IMG/VR virus record: IMGVR_UViG_3300033145_003233
Coordinates: 124,001-188,000 of that record
Direction: 5' to 3' (one strand)
Length of the DNA stretch: 64,000 bases
Shown: positions 1 to 9,876 of the stretch, one piece after another
Numbering within the stretch: position 1 is the first letter of the stretch
How the letters are laid out: the number at the start of each line of letters is the position of its first letter
The notes under the pieces: generated by a model
The model's database searches: none
Told to the model about the DNA's origin: nothing
Seen by the model: the letters and a program-made list of their open reading frames with translations, nothing else
Translations under genes and position numbers: made by a program

Positions 1-144
1 CAAACTGAAGTGCTCCAGCCTGATGCTTTCCGGAGGGGAGAAAACTCTTTCACTAATAATATACAAAGAATCCCCCGAAAAGTCAAGAGAAAAATAAAAA
101 ATATTTAAAATTTTAAGTGCCTATAGAATAAAGAGTTATAAAAA

Positions 145-627
145 TCACAATATTAATATTTCCCATCTATTATGAATCATACTATTTTCAACACATTTTG
201 AGCAAGCATATGCCTTAGGAAAGTTATAGTGATTTTCAATCATTTCCTCGATTAAAAAATACTTTTTACAACTATTACAGAGATCATGATCGGGAGAAAA
301 TTTTTCTGGGTTTAAACCAACACAGGTTTCACAATAATAACCATCATAATCAATCATTTCTTCAATTAAAAATCTCTCTATACAGCTATTACAATACTGG
401 TAATCTGAAGATGATTTTTCTGGCATTAAATGGACACAATCCGAACAATAATAATAACCGTCACAATGATCATAATATAAATATTCTTTATATATTATTG
501 TTCCTCAATTTGAGCAGTCTCCATAATCCTCTATCATAAAAGAGCATCTAAGACAACCATCATCTTTACAATGCCTAATATGTAGTATGTCATCTTCTTC
601 TGAAAGATATCTATCAGGTACTTCCAT
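145..627 (-). CDS. Cys-rich zinc-ribbon repeat protein with in-frame TGA at 505-507 (track ORF 145..426 is its 3' part)
   Basis: ATG 627 preceded by AGGA; frame continues past TGA into 145..426; three CxxC..CxxC repeats; C-terminus HNRWEILIL. Confidence 0.6.
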
Positions 628-952
628 AAGCTTTCATCCTATATATAGCATCATACGTTAATTGATCCTTTATATATTGTCCACAATCCTCCCACTTTGC
701 AACAGAAAAATTGTCAAAATTCTTAATATGATAAAAAGGGTCTACATCGCATTTCATCTCTCCACAAGCTATTTTTATACAAAAAGCATATCCCATGCTA
801 TTATCAAGCAACTCAAAATATATATAAAGAAGAGTTTTATCTTCAACCTGATATACCTCCCACTCTTGCCCTTCGATAAAGAAGCTTGTAAGATATTGAT
901 CTGAAGAAATAAGTTTCAATTCTTCTAAATGCTTTTTAACTAAATTTTCCAT
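614..952 (-). CDS. hypothetical protein
   Basis: 112 aa ORF coupled to neighbours. Confidence 0.7.
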   Translation of the reverse strand: MENLVKKHLEELKLISSDQYLTSFFIEGQEWEVYQVEDKTLLYIYFELLDNSMGYAFCIKIACGEMKCDVDPFYHIKNFDNFSVAKWEDCGQYIKDQLTYDAIYRMKAYGST

Positions 953-1730
953 TTATAAAAGGATTGTCCCTCCATATAACATGATTTTTATCAACTCTAT
1001 CTTTGAAATTTTTAGCCATCTTTTTGTAATCTCCTGGTAATATTTTTTTGGGAAGAATATATGTAATGGGATCACTCACAAAATGGGACCAGACATATTT
1101 GAAATTATCTTTATCTATTTGTTGCAAAAAAGATTCTTTCCATATCTTAGAAAAATATTTATTACAACTAATTCTATCATAATGACCATGATATTTGTTC
1201 ACAAATCCTATTTTATCAACATGTAAGGTATACATGTAAAAAGCATAAAAAAAAGTTAGCATGTGACAAGTTTCTGTCCACCACCATGAAACACGGTCAA
1301 AATTAGTATATACCGGGAAGCACACTTTAAAAGCATCAGAATGAAAAGCTAATAAAATAGTGGTTTGATGTTCTATTTTATTAATAAAGTTATAGTAAAC
1401 AGTTCCAATAGCAGGTTGGTACTCTAATAAAAAATCATCAAATATTTGCCATGGATTCTTTCCCTCATCTTCAGGATATTTATCTTTTCTAATACGTAAT
1501 TCAAGGTCATTCTCCAAACAAACATAATATAAATATTTCTTAGGAACTATCTCTGCTAATTTATTTTTACCTTCCCAGCATGTGCTATTAGGAAAAAATA
1601 TACTATTTTTATACTCTACTGGCTTCTTCCACGATAAAATATATACGTCCCTTCCCATCTCTTCTAATGTTTTAACATATTTAGGGATATAGTCTGAAGT
1701 CTGAACTAGATATGCTATTTCTTTAGCCAT
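936..1730 (-). CDS. GT-A fold (GT2-like) glycosyltransferase paralog 12
   Basis: GKNKL helix, DxD position degenerate (LEND), WRDNPFIN end. Confidence 0.65.
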   Translation of the reverse strand: MAKEIAYLVQTSDYIPKYVKTLEEMGRDVYILSWKKPVEYKNSIFFPNSTCWEGKNKLAEIVPKKYLYYVCLENDLELRIRKDKYPEDEGKNPWQIFDDFLLEYQPAIGTVYYNFINKIEHQTTILLAFHSDAFKVCFPVYTNFDRVSWWWTETCHMLTFFYAFYMYTLHVDKIGFVNKYHGHYDRISCNKYFSKIWKESFLQQIDKDNFKYVWSHFVSDPITYILPKKILPGDYKKMAKNFKDRVDKNHVIWRDNPFINGKFS

Positions 1731-2532
1731 TTATAAAAGGGTTATTCTTCCAAATATTATGATCTTTTTTTACTCTTTTTTTGAAATCCTCTGCTAATTC
1801 CAAATATTCTCCAGGATAAGGTTTTTTATATTTAATACCAGTAGAGGATCTACCATTCCTACATTTAAATCCTTCATCTATTTTTTTCTTATCTTCTTCA
1901 TATAATAAAGAAGTTTTATAGAACTTATCCCAGAAATATCTTCTACGATATTTAACTCTTCCACCTCTATGAAGCCCATTCTCCCAACAGATATCAAAAA
2001 AGCTAAGAATATATTTTTCAAAAGCTAGTCTAAAAGTAACCCAATTTATTTGTTCAGTCCAATCCATATTAATTATATCTAGACGATAGTACATGGGGTA
2101 ACATATTTTCATTGCGTCTCTATGAAAAGCCATACAACCAGTGTCTGGCATCCATGTTGTTTCTATTTCTCCCTTTTTTATTTTCTTTTTGTTAGAACAA
2201 TTAGGAAAACTAGGAGAACCAATAGCTGGTTCATATTCTAATAATAAATTCTCGAATTTCTCCAACGCATTAAGATGAGACAAAGATGGATCTCTCATAA
2301 ATACCTCTCCATCCTCATCCATAAATAAATAATATTTATATTTTCTAGAGACAATCTCCGCTAACTTATTTTTGCCTTCTCCATAGGTACATGGAAAGAA
2401 TATACTATTCTTATATTTTACTGGTTTTTTATAAGATAAGAGATATACATCTCTTCCCATTTTATCCAGTATTTCCATATACTTAGGAAGATAATCTGGA
2501 GTATGAATTAAATATACTATTTCTTTATTCAT
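1723..2532 (-). CDS. GT-A fold glycosyltransferase paralog 11
   Basis: GKNKL, YYLFMDED, EYEPAIG. Confidence 0.7.
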   Translation of the reverse strand: MNKEIVYLIHTPDYLPKYMEILDKMGRDVYLLSYKKPVKYKNSIFFPCTYGEGKNKLAEIVSRKYKYYLFMDEDGEVFMRDPSLSHLNALEKFENLLLEYEPAIGSPSFPNCSNKKKIKKGEIETTWMPDTGCMAFHRDAMKICYPMYYRLDIINMDWTEQINWVTFRLAFEKYILSFFDICWENGLHRGGRVKYRRRYFWDKFYKTSLLYEEDKKKIDEGFKCRNGRSSTGIKYKKPYPGEYLELAEDFKKRVKKDHNIWKNNPFING

Positions 2533-3289
2533 TTATAAAGCGATTTTTCCAAATAACGTGTTCTTTGTCTATCCTATTTTTAAAATTGTCTGACATTTCT
2601 TGATATTTTCCTGGACAAGACATTTTAGAAGAAGGCCTATAATGATGAACCATAAAATTAAAATTATCAATATCTTTTTTCTCTAAAAGAAATCTCTTCC
2701 ATATTTTTTTAAAATATCTATTAAGAGGACGTCTTGGATATTCCCCATCACGCTTATTTATAAACATTAATTTATCACATTGTAATATATACGGTTTAAA
2801 AGCATATGTAATAGTCATTAAATATGAGATACAACTCCAAAACCGAGAAACTTTTTCAAAACCTGTATATGCTGGGAACGATATCTCCATCGCATCACTA
2901 TGAATAGCAAATATAATTGGATCATACACTTCTCTATTAACGCCGTATTTAGAAGAAACTGTTCCTATAGCTGGCGTATTATCTAATAAAAATTCCTCAA
3001 ATATCTCCCAAGGATTTTTATTAATATCTTTAGGGTATTTTTCTTTCTTAATAAATAATCCTAGATCATCATCTAACATGACATAATATAAATACTTTTT
3101 AGGAACTATCTCTGCTAATTTATTCCTACCTTCCCATAGAGTGCTATCGGGAAAAAATATGTTATTCTTGTGAGCTAACGGCTCCTTCCAAGAATGTATA
3201 TAAACATCACTCTCCATATCCTCTAGTACTTTAACATAGTCAGGGATATAATCTGGAGTTTGAACTAAATATACAATTTCTTTACTCAT
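2525..3289 (-). CDS. GT-A fold glycosyltransferase paralog 10
   Basis: GRNKL, YYVMLDDD. Confidence 0.72.
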   Translation of the reverse strand: MSKEIVYLVQTPDYIPDYVKVLEDMESDVYIHSWKEPLAHKNNIFFPDSTLWEGRNKLAEIVPKKYLYYVMLDDDLGLFIKKEKYPKDINKNPWEIFEEFLLDNTPAIGTVSSKYGVNREVYDPIIFAIHSDAMEISFPAYTGFEKVSRFWSCISYLMTITYAFKPYILQCDKLMFINKRDGEYPRRPLNRYFKKIWKRFLLEKKDIDNFNFMVHHYRPSSKMSCPGKYQEMSDNFKNRIDKEHVIWKNRFINE

Positions 3290-4127
3290 TTAATAAAGGA
3301 TGATCCTTCCATATAATATGATTCTTATTTATTCTATTCTTAAAATCCTCTACCATTTCTTTATATTTCCCAGGATAAGGCTTTTTATAGCGACCGTCCA
3401 GGGAATGAACCCAGAAAGGGACTCCTATCAATCTGGCTCTTTCCTTATCTTTTTCATATAACAAAGAAGATTTATATAGTTTATGGAAAAACTGCCTAGG
3501 TTTCCTTTTGGTATATTTTCCTGTCCACCTATGCAATTTATTCTGTAATATTATTTTATTACATTGCAAGACACAAGATTTAAAAGCAAGAGCCACATGT
3601 TCCAAATACAACATTGTAGTCCACCACCAACCAGTCTCGTCAAAACCCGTATATAATGGAGAGAATAATTTTAGAGCATCTTTATGAATAGCAGATATAA
3701 TAGGATCATGTATTTTAATAGTATTAGCATCTTTAGTGTCGTCCACATATAGCTCTATAATTTCTTGCTCTTCAAATATTGGCCAAATATAAATAGCCGT
3801 TCCTATAGCCGGTTCATACTCTAATAAAAAATCTTCAAATATCTTCCAAGGATTCTTGCCGACTTCTTCTGGATATCTTTCATCTCTAATATGTAATTCC
3901 ACATCTTCATCTAAAAATACATAATATAAATACTCTTTAGGGACCATTTCTGCCTGCTTATTTCTACCTTCCCAAACAGTGCTATCCGGCAAAAAGATAT
4001 TATTCTTATGTTCTAATGGCTTTTTCCACGAAAGTATATATACATCTCTTCCCATGTCCTCTATGATTTTAACAAAATCAGGGATATAGTCTGGAGTCTG
4101 AACTAAATATGCTATATCTTTATTCAT
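3282..4127 (-). CDS. GT-A fold glycosyltransferase paralog 9
   Basis: GRNKQ, YYVFLDED. Confidence 0.72.
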   Translation of the reverse strand: MNKDIAYLVQTPDYIPDFVKIIEDMGRDVYILSWKKPLEHKNNIFLPDSTVWEGRNKQAEMVPKEYLYYVFLDEDVELHIRDERYPEEVGKNPWKIFEDFLLEYEPAIGTAIYIWPIFEEQEIIELYVDDTKDANTIKIHDPIISAIHKDALKLFSPLYTGFDETGWWWTTMLYLEHVALAFKSCVLQCNKIILQNKLHRWTGKYTKRKPRQFFHKLYKSSLLYEKDKERARLIGVPFWVHSLDGRYKKPYPGKYKEMVEDFKNRINKNHIIWKDHPLLNE

Positions 4128-4899
4128 TGATAAAAGGATTATCTTTCCAAAAAATATGATTTTTATTTACTCTTTTTTTAAAATCTTCTGCCATTTCTTT
4201 GTATCCATTGGGGCAAATTTTATTATAATATCTCGGAATAATAAAAATGCTATGAACAAGAGAAAATATATAATCTATCGTATTTCTATCTTCTTCTCTT
4301 AATAAAGCATTTTTAAATAATTTACATAAAAATCTAAACTTACCTTTGCGAGGATATTCTCTATGATATTTATTTATCGTTAATAATTCATCACACGATA
4401 ATATGTATGGCTCAAAAGCAAGTATTGTAATAATTAGATGAAAAATAGTAGCCCAAAGCCAGGAAGTTTGATCAAAATCTGTGTACACAGGAAAACAAAT
4501 ATCAATAGTGTCTTTATGCATGCCCATAATAATAGTATCATAGAATTTTTTTACTTTCTTGTCGTGATCGCGAAAAAAAACTGCACCTATAGCAGGTTTA
4601 TATTCCAACAAAAAGTTATCAAATATCTCCCAAGGATTCTTGTTTGTATTCTCGTCCTTGATTCTTAACTCTAAATCATCCTCTGTAAATACGCAATATA
4701 AATACTTCTTTGGAACTATTTCTGCCAATTTATTCCTGCCCGTCCAGCATGTGCCGTTAGGAAAAAATATACTATTTTTATGCTCTACTGGCTTCTCCCA
4801 CGATAAAATATATACGTCCCTTCCCATCTCTTCTAAAGTTCTAACATAATCAGGGATATAGTCTGGTGTTTGAATTAAATATGCTATTTCTTTATTCAT
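4120..4899 (-). CDS. GT-A fold glycosyltransferase paralog 8
   Basis: GRNKL, YCVFTEDD. Confidence 0.68.
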   Translation of the reverse strand: MNKEIAYLIQTPDYIPDYVRTLEEMGRDVYILSWEKPVEHKNSIFFPNGTCWTGRNKLAEIVPKKYLYCVFTEDDLELRIKDENTNKNPWEIFDNFLLEYKPAIGAVFFRDHDKKVKKFYDTIIMGMHKDTIDICFPVYTDFDQTSWLWATIFHLIITILAFEPYILSCDELLTINKYHREYPRKGKFRFLCKLFKNALLREEDRNTIDYIFSLVHSIFIIPRYYNKICPNGYKEMAEDFKKRVNKNHIFWKDNPFINE

Positions 4900-5716
4900 T
4901 TATAAAAGGATGATCTTTCCAAATAACATGATTTTTATCAATTCTATTTTTAAAGTCTTCAGCCATTTTTTTATACTTGCCAGGATAAGGTTTTTCATAT
5001 TCTCCGGCAGGTTCTCGATTAACCCATAACACATAAGCATTATCTTTATCCTCTTGACATAACAAAGATTTTTTACATATATCATACAGAAGCTTATTAG
5101 ATCTGATATGCTGAGATGTTTCTCCTCTGTGAAATTTATTTAGTAATAACAATTTATTACATTGCAATAACGATGATTTTGAAATTGCCGCCATAAAGAG
5201 CAGATGACTAGTACATGTCCAAAACCAAGAAGAATCATCAAATCCAGTATACATTGGAAAACATATGTTCATAATATCTTTATGAATAGCCATTATGATT
5301 ACCTCGAATTCTTTTAAGGTATTTGTTTCTTCATCACTTAAATATGTCAACATAGGGCTATTAGATGTCCCCCTGCCGCAATAAGCTGTCCCTATGGCAG
5401 GCTCATATTCCAATAAGAAATCATCAAATATTTTCCATGGATTCTTTCCCTCATCTTCAGGATATCTCTCTTCCCTAACCAATAAATTTACATCATCATC
5501 TAAAAACACATAATACAAATAGTCCTTTGGAACTATCCCTGCTAATTTATTCCTGCCTGTCGCAAAAGTGCTATTAGGAAAGAAAATGCTATTCTCATGC
5601 TTCACTGGTTCTTTATAAGAAAGTATATATACATCTCTTCCCATATCCTCTAACACTTTAACATAATCAGGGATATAATCAGAAGTCTGGACTAAATATA
5701 CTATTTTTTTATTCAT
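4892..5716 (-). CDS. GT-A fold glycosyltransferase paralog 7
   Basis: GRNKL, YYVFLDDD. Confidence 0.72.
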   Translation of the reverse strand: MNKKIVYLVQTSDYIPDYVKVLEDMGRDVYILSYKEPVKHENSIFFPNSTFATGRNKLAGIVPKDYLYYVFLDDDVNLLVREERYPEDEGKNPWKIFDDFLLEYEPAIGTAYCGRGTSNSPMLTYLSDEETNTLKEFEVIIMAIHKDIMNICFPMYTGFDDSSWFWTCTSHLLFMAAISKSSLLQCNKLLLLNKFHRGETSQHIRSNKLLYDICKKSLLCQEDKDNAYVLWVNREPAGEYEKPYPGKYKKMAEDFKNRIDKNHVIWKDHPFINE

Positions 5717-6590
5717 CTTTTAATAAAGGATGATCTTTCCAAAAAATATGTTTCTTATTTATTCTGTTCTTAAAATTATTAACTATTTTTTTATATTTTC
5801 CTGGATATGGTTTTTTATATACTCCATCACAATACCCTTTTTCGAAAAAACGCCCTTCAGGTCCATATCTAATATTTCCATTATAATCGGGAGGAGGGGG
5901 ATCATTTTGATAAGGGTCTAAAAAGGCACGATCTTGGTCTTCTTTATATAATAAAGATTTCTTATAGATGGCAGAATAAAAACGGGGGGCACGATGCCTG
6001 TCACAATTTATTCTACGACCCTTATTTATAAATGTTAAATTATTATCTTGTAATACACAAGATTGAAATGCTATTTTATGTGTAATTCTGGCAATTGCCT
6101 CTGTCCACCATATCGAAATGTGGTCAAAACCAGTAAACATGGGAAAACATATGTCAAGAGCATCTATATGATATGCCAACATAGCACATTCAGTGCGATA
6201 TGTGGTTTCAGTTTGTTCTTCTATTTCTCTTATCTTTTTATATTTGAGTCTTCCCTCATAATAAACGCATCCTATAGCTGGCTCATACTTTAATAAAAAG
6301 TCATCAAATGTCTTCCACGGTTTTTTTTTAATTAATAGTTTATTTCTTACATATAATTCAACATCATCATCTATCTGAACATAATATAAGTATTTTTTAG
6401 GAACTATTTCTATTAATTTATTTCTGCCAGTAGACCATGTGCTATCAGGAAAAAATATATTGTTTTTATGCTCTACTGGTTTTTTATAAGAAAGGATATA
6501 AACATCTCTTCCCATATCCTCTAATACTTTAACATAATCAGGAATAGTATCTGTTGTTTGAGCTAAATATACTATGTCTTTATCCATCAT
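5709..6590 (-). CDS. GT-A fold glycosyltransferase paralog 6
   Basis: GRNKL, YYVQIDDD. Confidence 0.72.
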   Translation of the reverse strand: MMDKDIVYLAQTTDTIPDYVKVLEDMGRDVYILSYKKPVEHKNNIFFPDSTWSTGRNKLIEIVPKKYLYYVQIDDDVELYVRNKLLIKKKPWKTFDDFLLKYEPAIGCVYYEGRLKYKKIREIEEQTETTYRTECAMLAYHIDALDICFPMFTGFDHISIWWTEAIARITHKIAFQSCVLQDNNLTFINKGRRINCDRHRAPRFYSAIYKKSLLYKEDQDRAFLDPYQNDPPPPDYNGNIRYGPEGRFFEKGYCDGVYKKPYPGKYKKIVNNFKNRINKKHIFWKDHPLLKDE

Positions 6591-7404
6591 TCAATAAAGG
6601 ATGATCTTTCCATATAACATGTTTTTTATTTACTTTATTCTTAAATCCTTTTACCATCTTTTTGTATTTTCCTAGATAAGGTTTTTTATATTCTTTCTCT
6701 GAAAAACGATTCTCCCATGATACATACGCTTCTTTTTTGTCTGCCTCCAATAATAAAGAATCTTGAAACATCTTATATAAGAAGTTAAAATCTACTATTC
6801 TTTTATATTTTTTATGATGCCTGTGAAACCTATTATTTATTATGAGCCTATTACATTGTAATATATAAGGATAAAAAGCTAACATTCTAGTAAGTAAAAG
6901 GGTCCCACCTGTCCAATACCATGTAACCTCATTAAATCCTCCAAATATGGGAAAACATAAATCTAAAGTATCTTTATGAAGGCCAGAAATAATACACTCA
7001 TATTCTTTAACTGTGTTAATTTCCTTGTTATCGTCTAAATATGAGACAAACCCACCATAAGAGCTATTATCACAAGAAACCGTTCCGATAGCGGGCAGAT
7101 GCTCTAATAAAAAATTCTCATATACTTTCCAAGGATGTTTATCATTAGGATATTTATCTTTCCTAATTAATAACTCTAAATCATCATCTAAAAACACATA
7201 ATATAAATATTTCTTAGGAACTATCTCTGCCAATTTATTCCTGCCTTCTGACCATGCACAATCAAACAAGAAGGTGTTATTCTTATGGTTAACTGGTTTT
7301 TTATAAGAAAGAATATAAACGTCTCTACCCATATCTTCTAATACCTGAACGTAATCGGGAATGTAGTCGGGTGTTTGAACTAAATATGCTATTTCTTTAC
7401 TCAT
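6580..7404 (-). CDS. GT-A fold glycosyltransferase paralog 5
   Basis: GRNKL, YYVFLDDD. Confidence 0.72.
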   Translation of the reverse strand: MSKEIAYLVQTPDYIPDYVQVLEDMGRDVYILSYKKPVNHKNNTFLFDCAWSEGRNKLAEIVPKKYLYYVFLDDDLELLIRKDKYPNDKHPWKVYENFLLEHLPAIGTVSCDNSSYGGFVSYLDDNKEINTVKEYECIISGLHKDTLDLCFPIFGGFNEVTWYWTGGTLLLTRMLAFYPYILQCNRLIINNRFHRHHKKYKRIVDFNFLYKMFQDSLLLEADKKEAYVSWENRFSEKEYKKPYLGKYKKMVKGFKNKVNKKHVIWKDHPLLNDG

Positions 7405-8221
7405 TAATAAAAGGATGTCCTCTCCATAAAATGTGCGACTTGTCTATTCTATTTATAAAATTCTTCGCCATTTTTTTATATCTACCATTGCTAGGTTTTT
7501 TATATTCTTTATGAAGACAAGAATTACGAAAATGGAATGCATATGCTAATTTCTCCTTGTCCCCATCCTCCAATAAAGAGTCCTGATATATCTCAATAAG
7601 ATCATGATAATTAATTTCTCTAGGATATTCCCTATGCAATCTATCATTAAAGGTTAATTTATTACATTGTAAGACAAATGGAGATAAAAAAAACATACTA
7701 GTTGTTGAATATATCCATCCAGGCCACCACCAAGAAAAACTATCATAATGAGAACAAATGGGATAACAAACATCTATGACATCTTTATGAGCAGCAGAGA
7801 TAATAGAATTATGGAACCTGACAACATTTATCTCTTTAGTATCATCTATATACGTTGCTGCTCCGCTATTTGAAGCCTTCCCACAATAAACACTCCCAAT
7901 AGCAGGCATATGCTTTAATAAAAAATCTTCAAATATCTCCCATGGATTTTTGTCTATTTCTTCTGGATATCTCTCCTCTCTTACAAATAATTCTACATCA
8001 TCATCTAACAGAACATAATATAGATATTTCTTCGGGACTATCTCTACTAATTTATTTCTACCTTCGGCCCATGTACTATTAGGAAAAAATATATTGTTCT
8101 TGTGATCTATAGGTTTTTTATAAGACAATAAATAAACATCTCTTCCCATATCCTCTAATGTTTGAACGTAATCTGGAATATAATCTGGTGTCTGAACTAA
8201 ATATACTATTTCTTTACTCAT
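7397..8221 (-). CDS. GT-A fold glycosyltransferase paralog 4
   Basis: GRNKL, YYVLLDDD. Confidence 0.72.
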   Translation of the reverse strand: MSKEIVYLVQTPDYIPDYVQTLEDMGRDVYLLSYKKPIDHKNNIFFPNSTWAEGRNKLVEIVPKKYLYYVLLDDDVELFVREERYPEEIDKNPWEIFEDFLLKHMPAIGSVYCGKASNSGAATYIDDTKEINVVRFHNSIISAAHKDVIDVCYPICSHYDSFSWWWPGWIYSTTSMFFLSPFVLQCNKLTFNDRLHREYPREINYHDLIEIYQDSLLEDGDKEKLAYAFHFRNSCLHKEYKKPSNGRYKKMAKNFINRIDKSHILWRGHPFINE

Positions 8222-9044
8222 TTATAAAGGGATGGTCCTTCCAAAGAATATGATCCTTTTTTACCTTATTTTTAAATTCTTCCATTAAATTTTTATATTT
8301 GCCAGGATAAGGTTTTTTGTATTCTCCTGGAATAGGGTCCTTTTTATAAACAAATTCTAAATACACCTCATCCTTATCTTTTTTATTTATTATAGAAGAA
8401 CCAAAAAACCAGAACAAGGTGACTTTAGGAAAAACCCCATATTCAGGCCTGTGAAGATTATTTTTTAATATCAACTTATTACATTGCAATATAGAATTAG
8501 AAGCAAAAGCTATTTTAGTAGTTAAGATATAACAACATGCAGGCCATACCATACTAAATCTATCAAAACCTAAAAATAGAGGAAAGCATAAATCTAAAAC
8601 ATCCTTGTGAATAGCAGATAATATAGGCTCATGTTCTTTAAGAGTATTTATTTCTTTGTCGTCATCCAAATAATGTTTAAACTTGGCTTCAGTTAGCTCG
8701 TTAGAACAATAAACCGTTCCTATAGCAGGTTCGTATTTTATGAGAAAATCCCCAAATATTTTCCAAGGATTTTTATCAACATCTTCTGGATATTTTTTCT
8801 CTCTTACAAATAATTCCACATCATCGTCTATCATAACATAATATAGATATTTCTTAGGGACTATCTCTGCTAATTTATTTCTGCCTGAAGACCATGTGCT
8901 ATCAGGAAAGAATATACTATTCTTATATTCTACAGGCTTTTTCCATGAGAGGATATAAACATCTCCTCCCGCAGCCTCTAACATTTTAACATAGTTGGGA
9001 ATATAATCTGGAGTTTGAACTAAATATGCTATTTCTTTATTCAT
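8214..9044 (-). CDS. GT-A fold glycosyltransferase paralog 3
   Basis: GRNKL, YYVMIDDD. Confidence 0.72.
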   Translation of the reverse strand: MNKEIAYLVQTPDYIPNYVKMLEAAGGDVYILSWKKPVEYKNSIFFPDSTWSSGRNKLAEIVPKKYLYYVMIDDDVELFVREKKYPEDVDKNPWKIFGDFLIKYEPAIGTVYCSNELTEAKFKHYLDDDKEINTLKEHEPILSAIHKDVLDLCFPLFLGFDRFSMVWPACCYILTTKIAFASNSILQCNKLILKNNLHRPEYGVFPKVTLFWFFGSSIINKKDKDEVYLEFVYKKDPIPGEYKKPYPGKYKNLMEEFKNKVKKDHILWKDHPFINE

Positions 9045-9876
9045 TAATAAAAGGATGGTCCTTCCACAAAAAATGATCTTTATCTACTTCGTTTTTGAAT
9101 CTATCTATCATCTTTTTATATTTGTATGGATAAGGTTTCTCATAGTCATCTGGAACAGAATCATTTTCATAACTAAACTCTAAATATGTTTCTTTTTTAT
9201 CTCCTTTATTCAATAGAGAATTAGCAAACATCCAAAAAAGGATATTAGTATCTAACCCTCCTCTATGTCTCTCCCTGTGGAGGCTATTCTCTAATGCCAA
9301 TTTATTACATTGTAATATAGATGCATGAATACCAAAAGCTATCTTTGTAATTAATATGTATAAACTGGCCGTCCAGCACCATGGTTTATGGGCCTCATCG
9401 AACTTTAAACAGACAGGGAAACATAAATCTAAAGCTTCTCTATGGACAGCAGAAATAATAGGCTCATGCTCCTTAATAGTATTGATCTTTTTACTATCAT
9501 CTAAATAATGTCTAAAACGAGCTTTGGGGTGAGTGGAATTACAATAGACTCCCCCTATAGCTGGCTCATGCTTCAATAAGAAATCATCAAATATCTTCCA
9601 AGGATTACTGCTCTCGTTAGGATACCTTTCTTTTCTTATATGTAATTTTATATCATCATCTAGAAAGACATAATATAAATATTTCTTAGGGACTATCTCT
9701 GCCAATTTATTCCTACCAGAATAACATGTACTATCAGGAAAGAATATATTATTCTTATGAGCTATTGGCTTTTTATAAGACAATAAATAAACGTCTCTTT
9801 CCATATCTTCTAATGTTTGAACAAAATCTGGGATATAATCGGAAGTTTGAACTAAATATGCAATGTTATTATTCAT
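9037..9876 (-). CDS. GT-A fold glycosyltransferase paralog 2
   Basis: GRNKL, YYVFLDDD. Confidence 0.72.
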   Translation of the reverse strand: MNNNIAYLVQTSDYIPDFVQTLEDMERDVYLLSYKKPIAHKNNIFFPDSTCYSGRNKLAEIVPKKYLYYVFLDDDIKLHIRKERYPNESSNPWKIFDDFLLKHEPAIGGVYCNSTHPKARFRHYLDDSKKINTIKEHEPIISAVHREALDLCFPVCLKFDEAHKPWCWTASLYILITKIAFGIHASILQCNKLALENSLHRERHRGGLDTNILFWMFANSLLNKGDKKETYLEFSYENDSVPDDYEKPYPYKYKKMIDRFKNEVDKDHFLWKDHPFINE

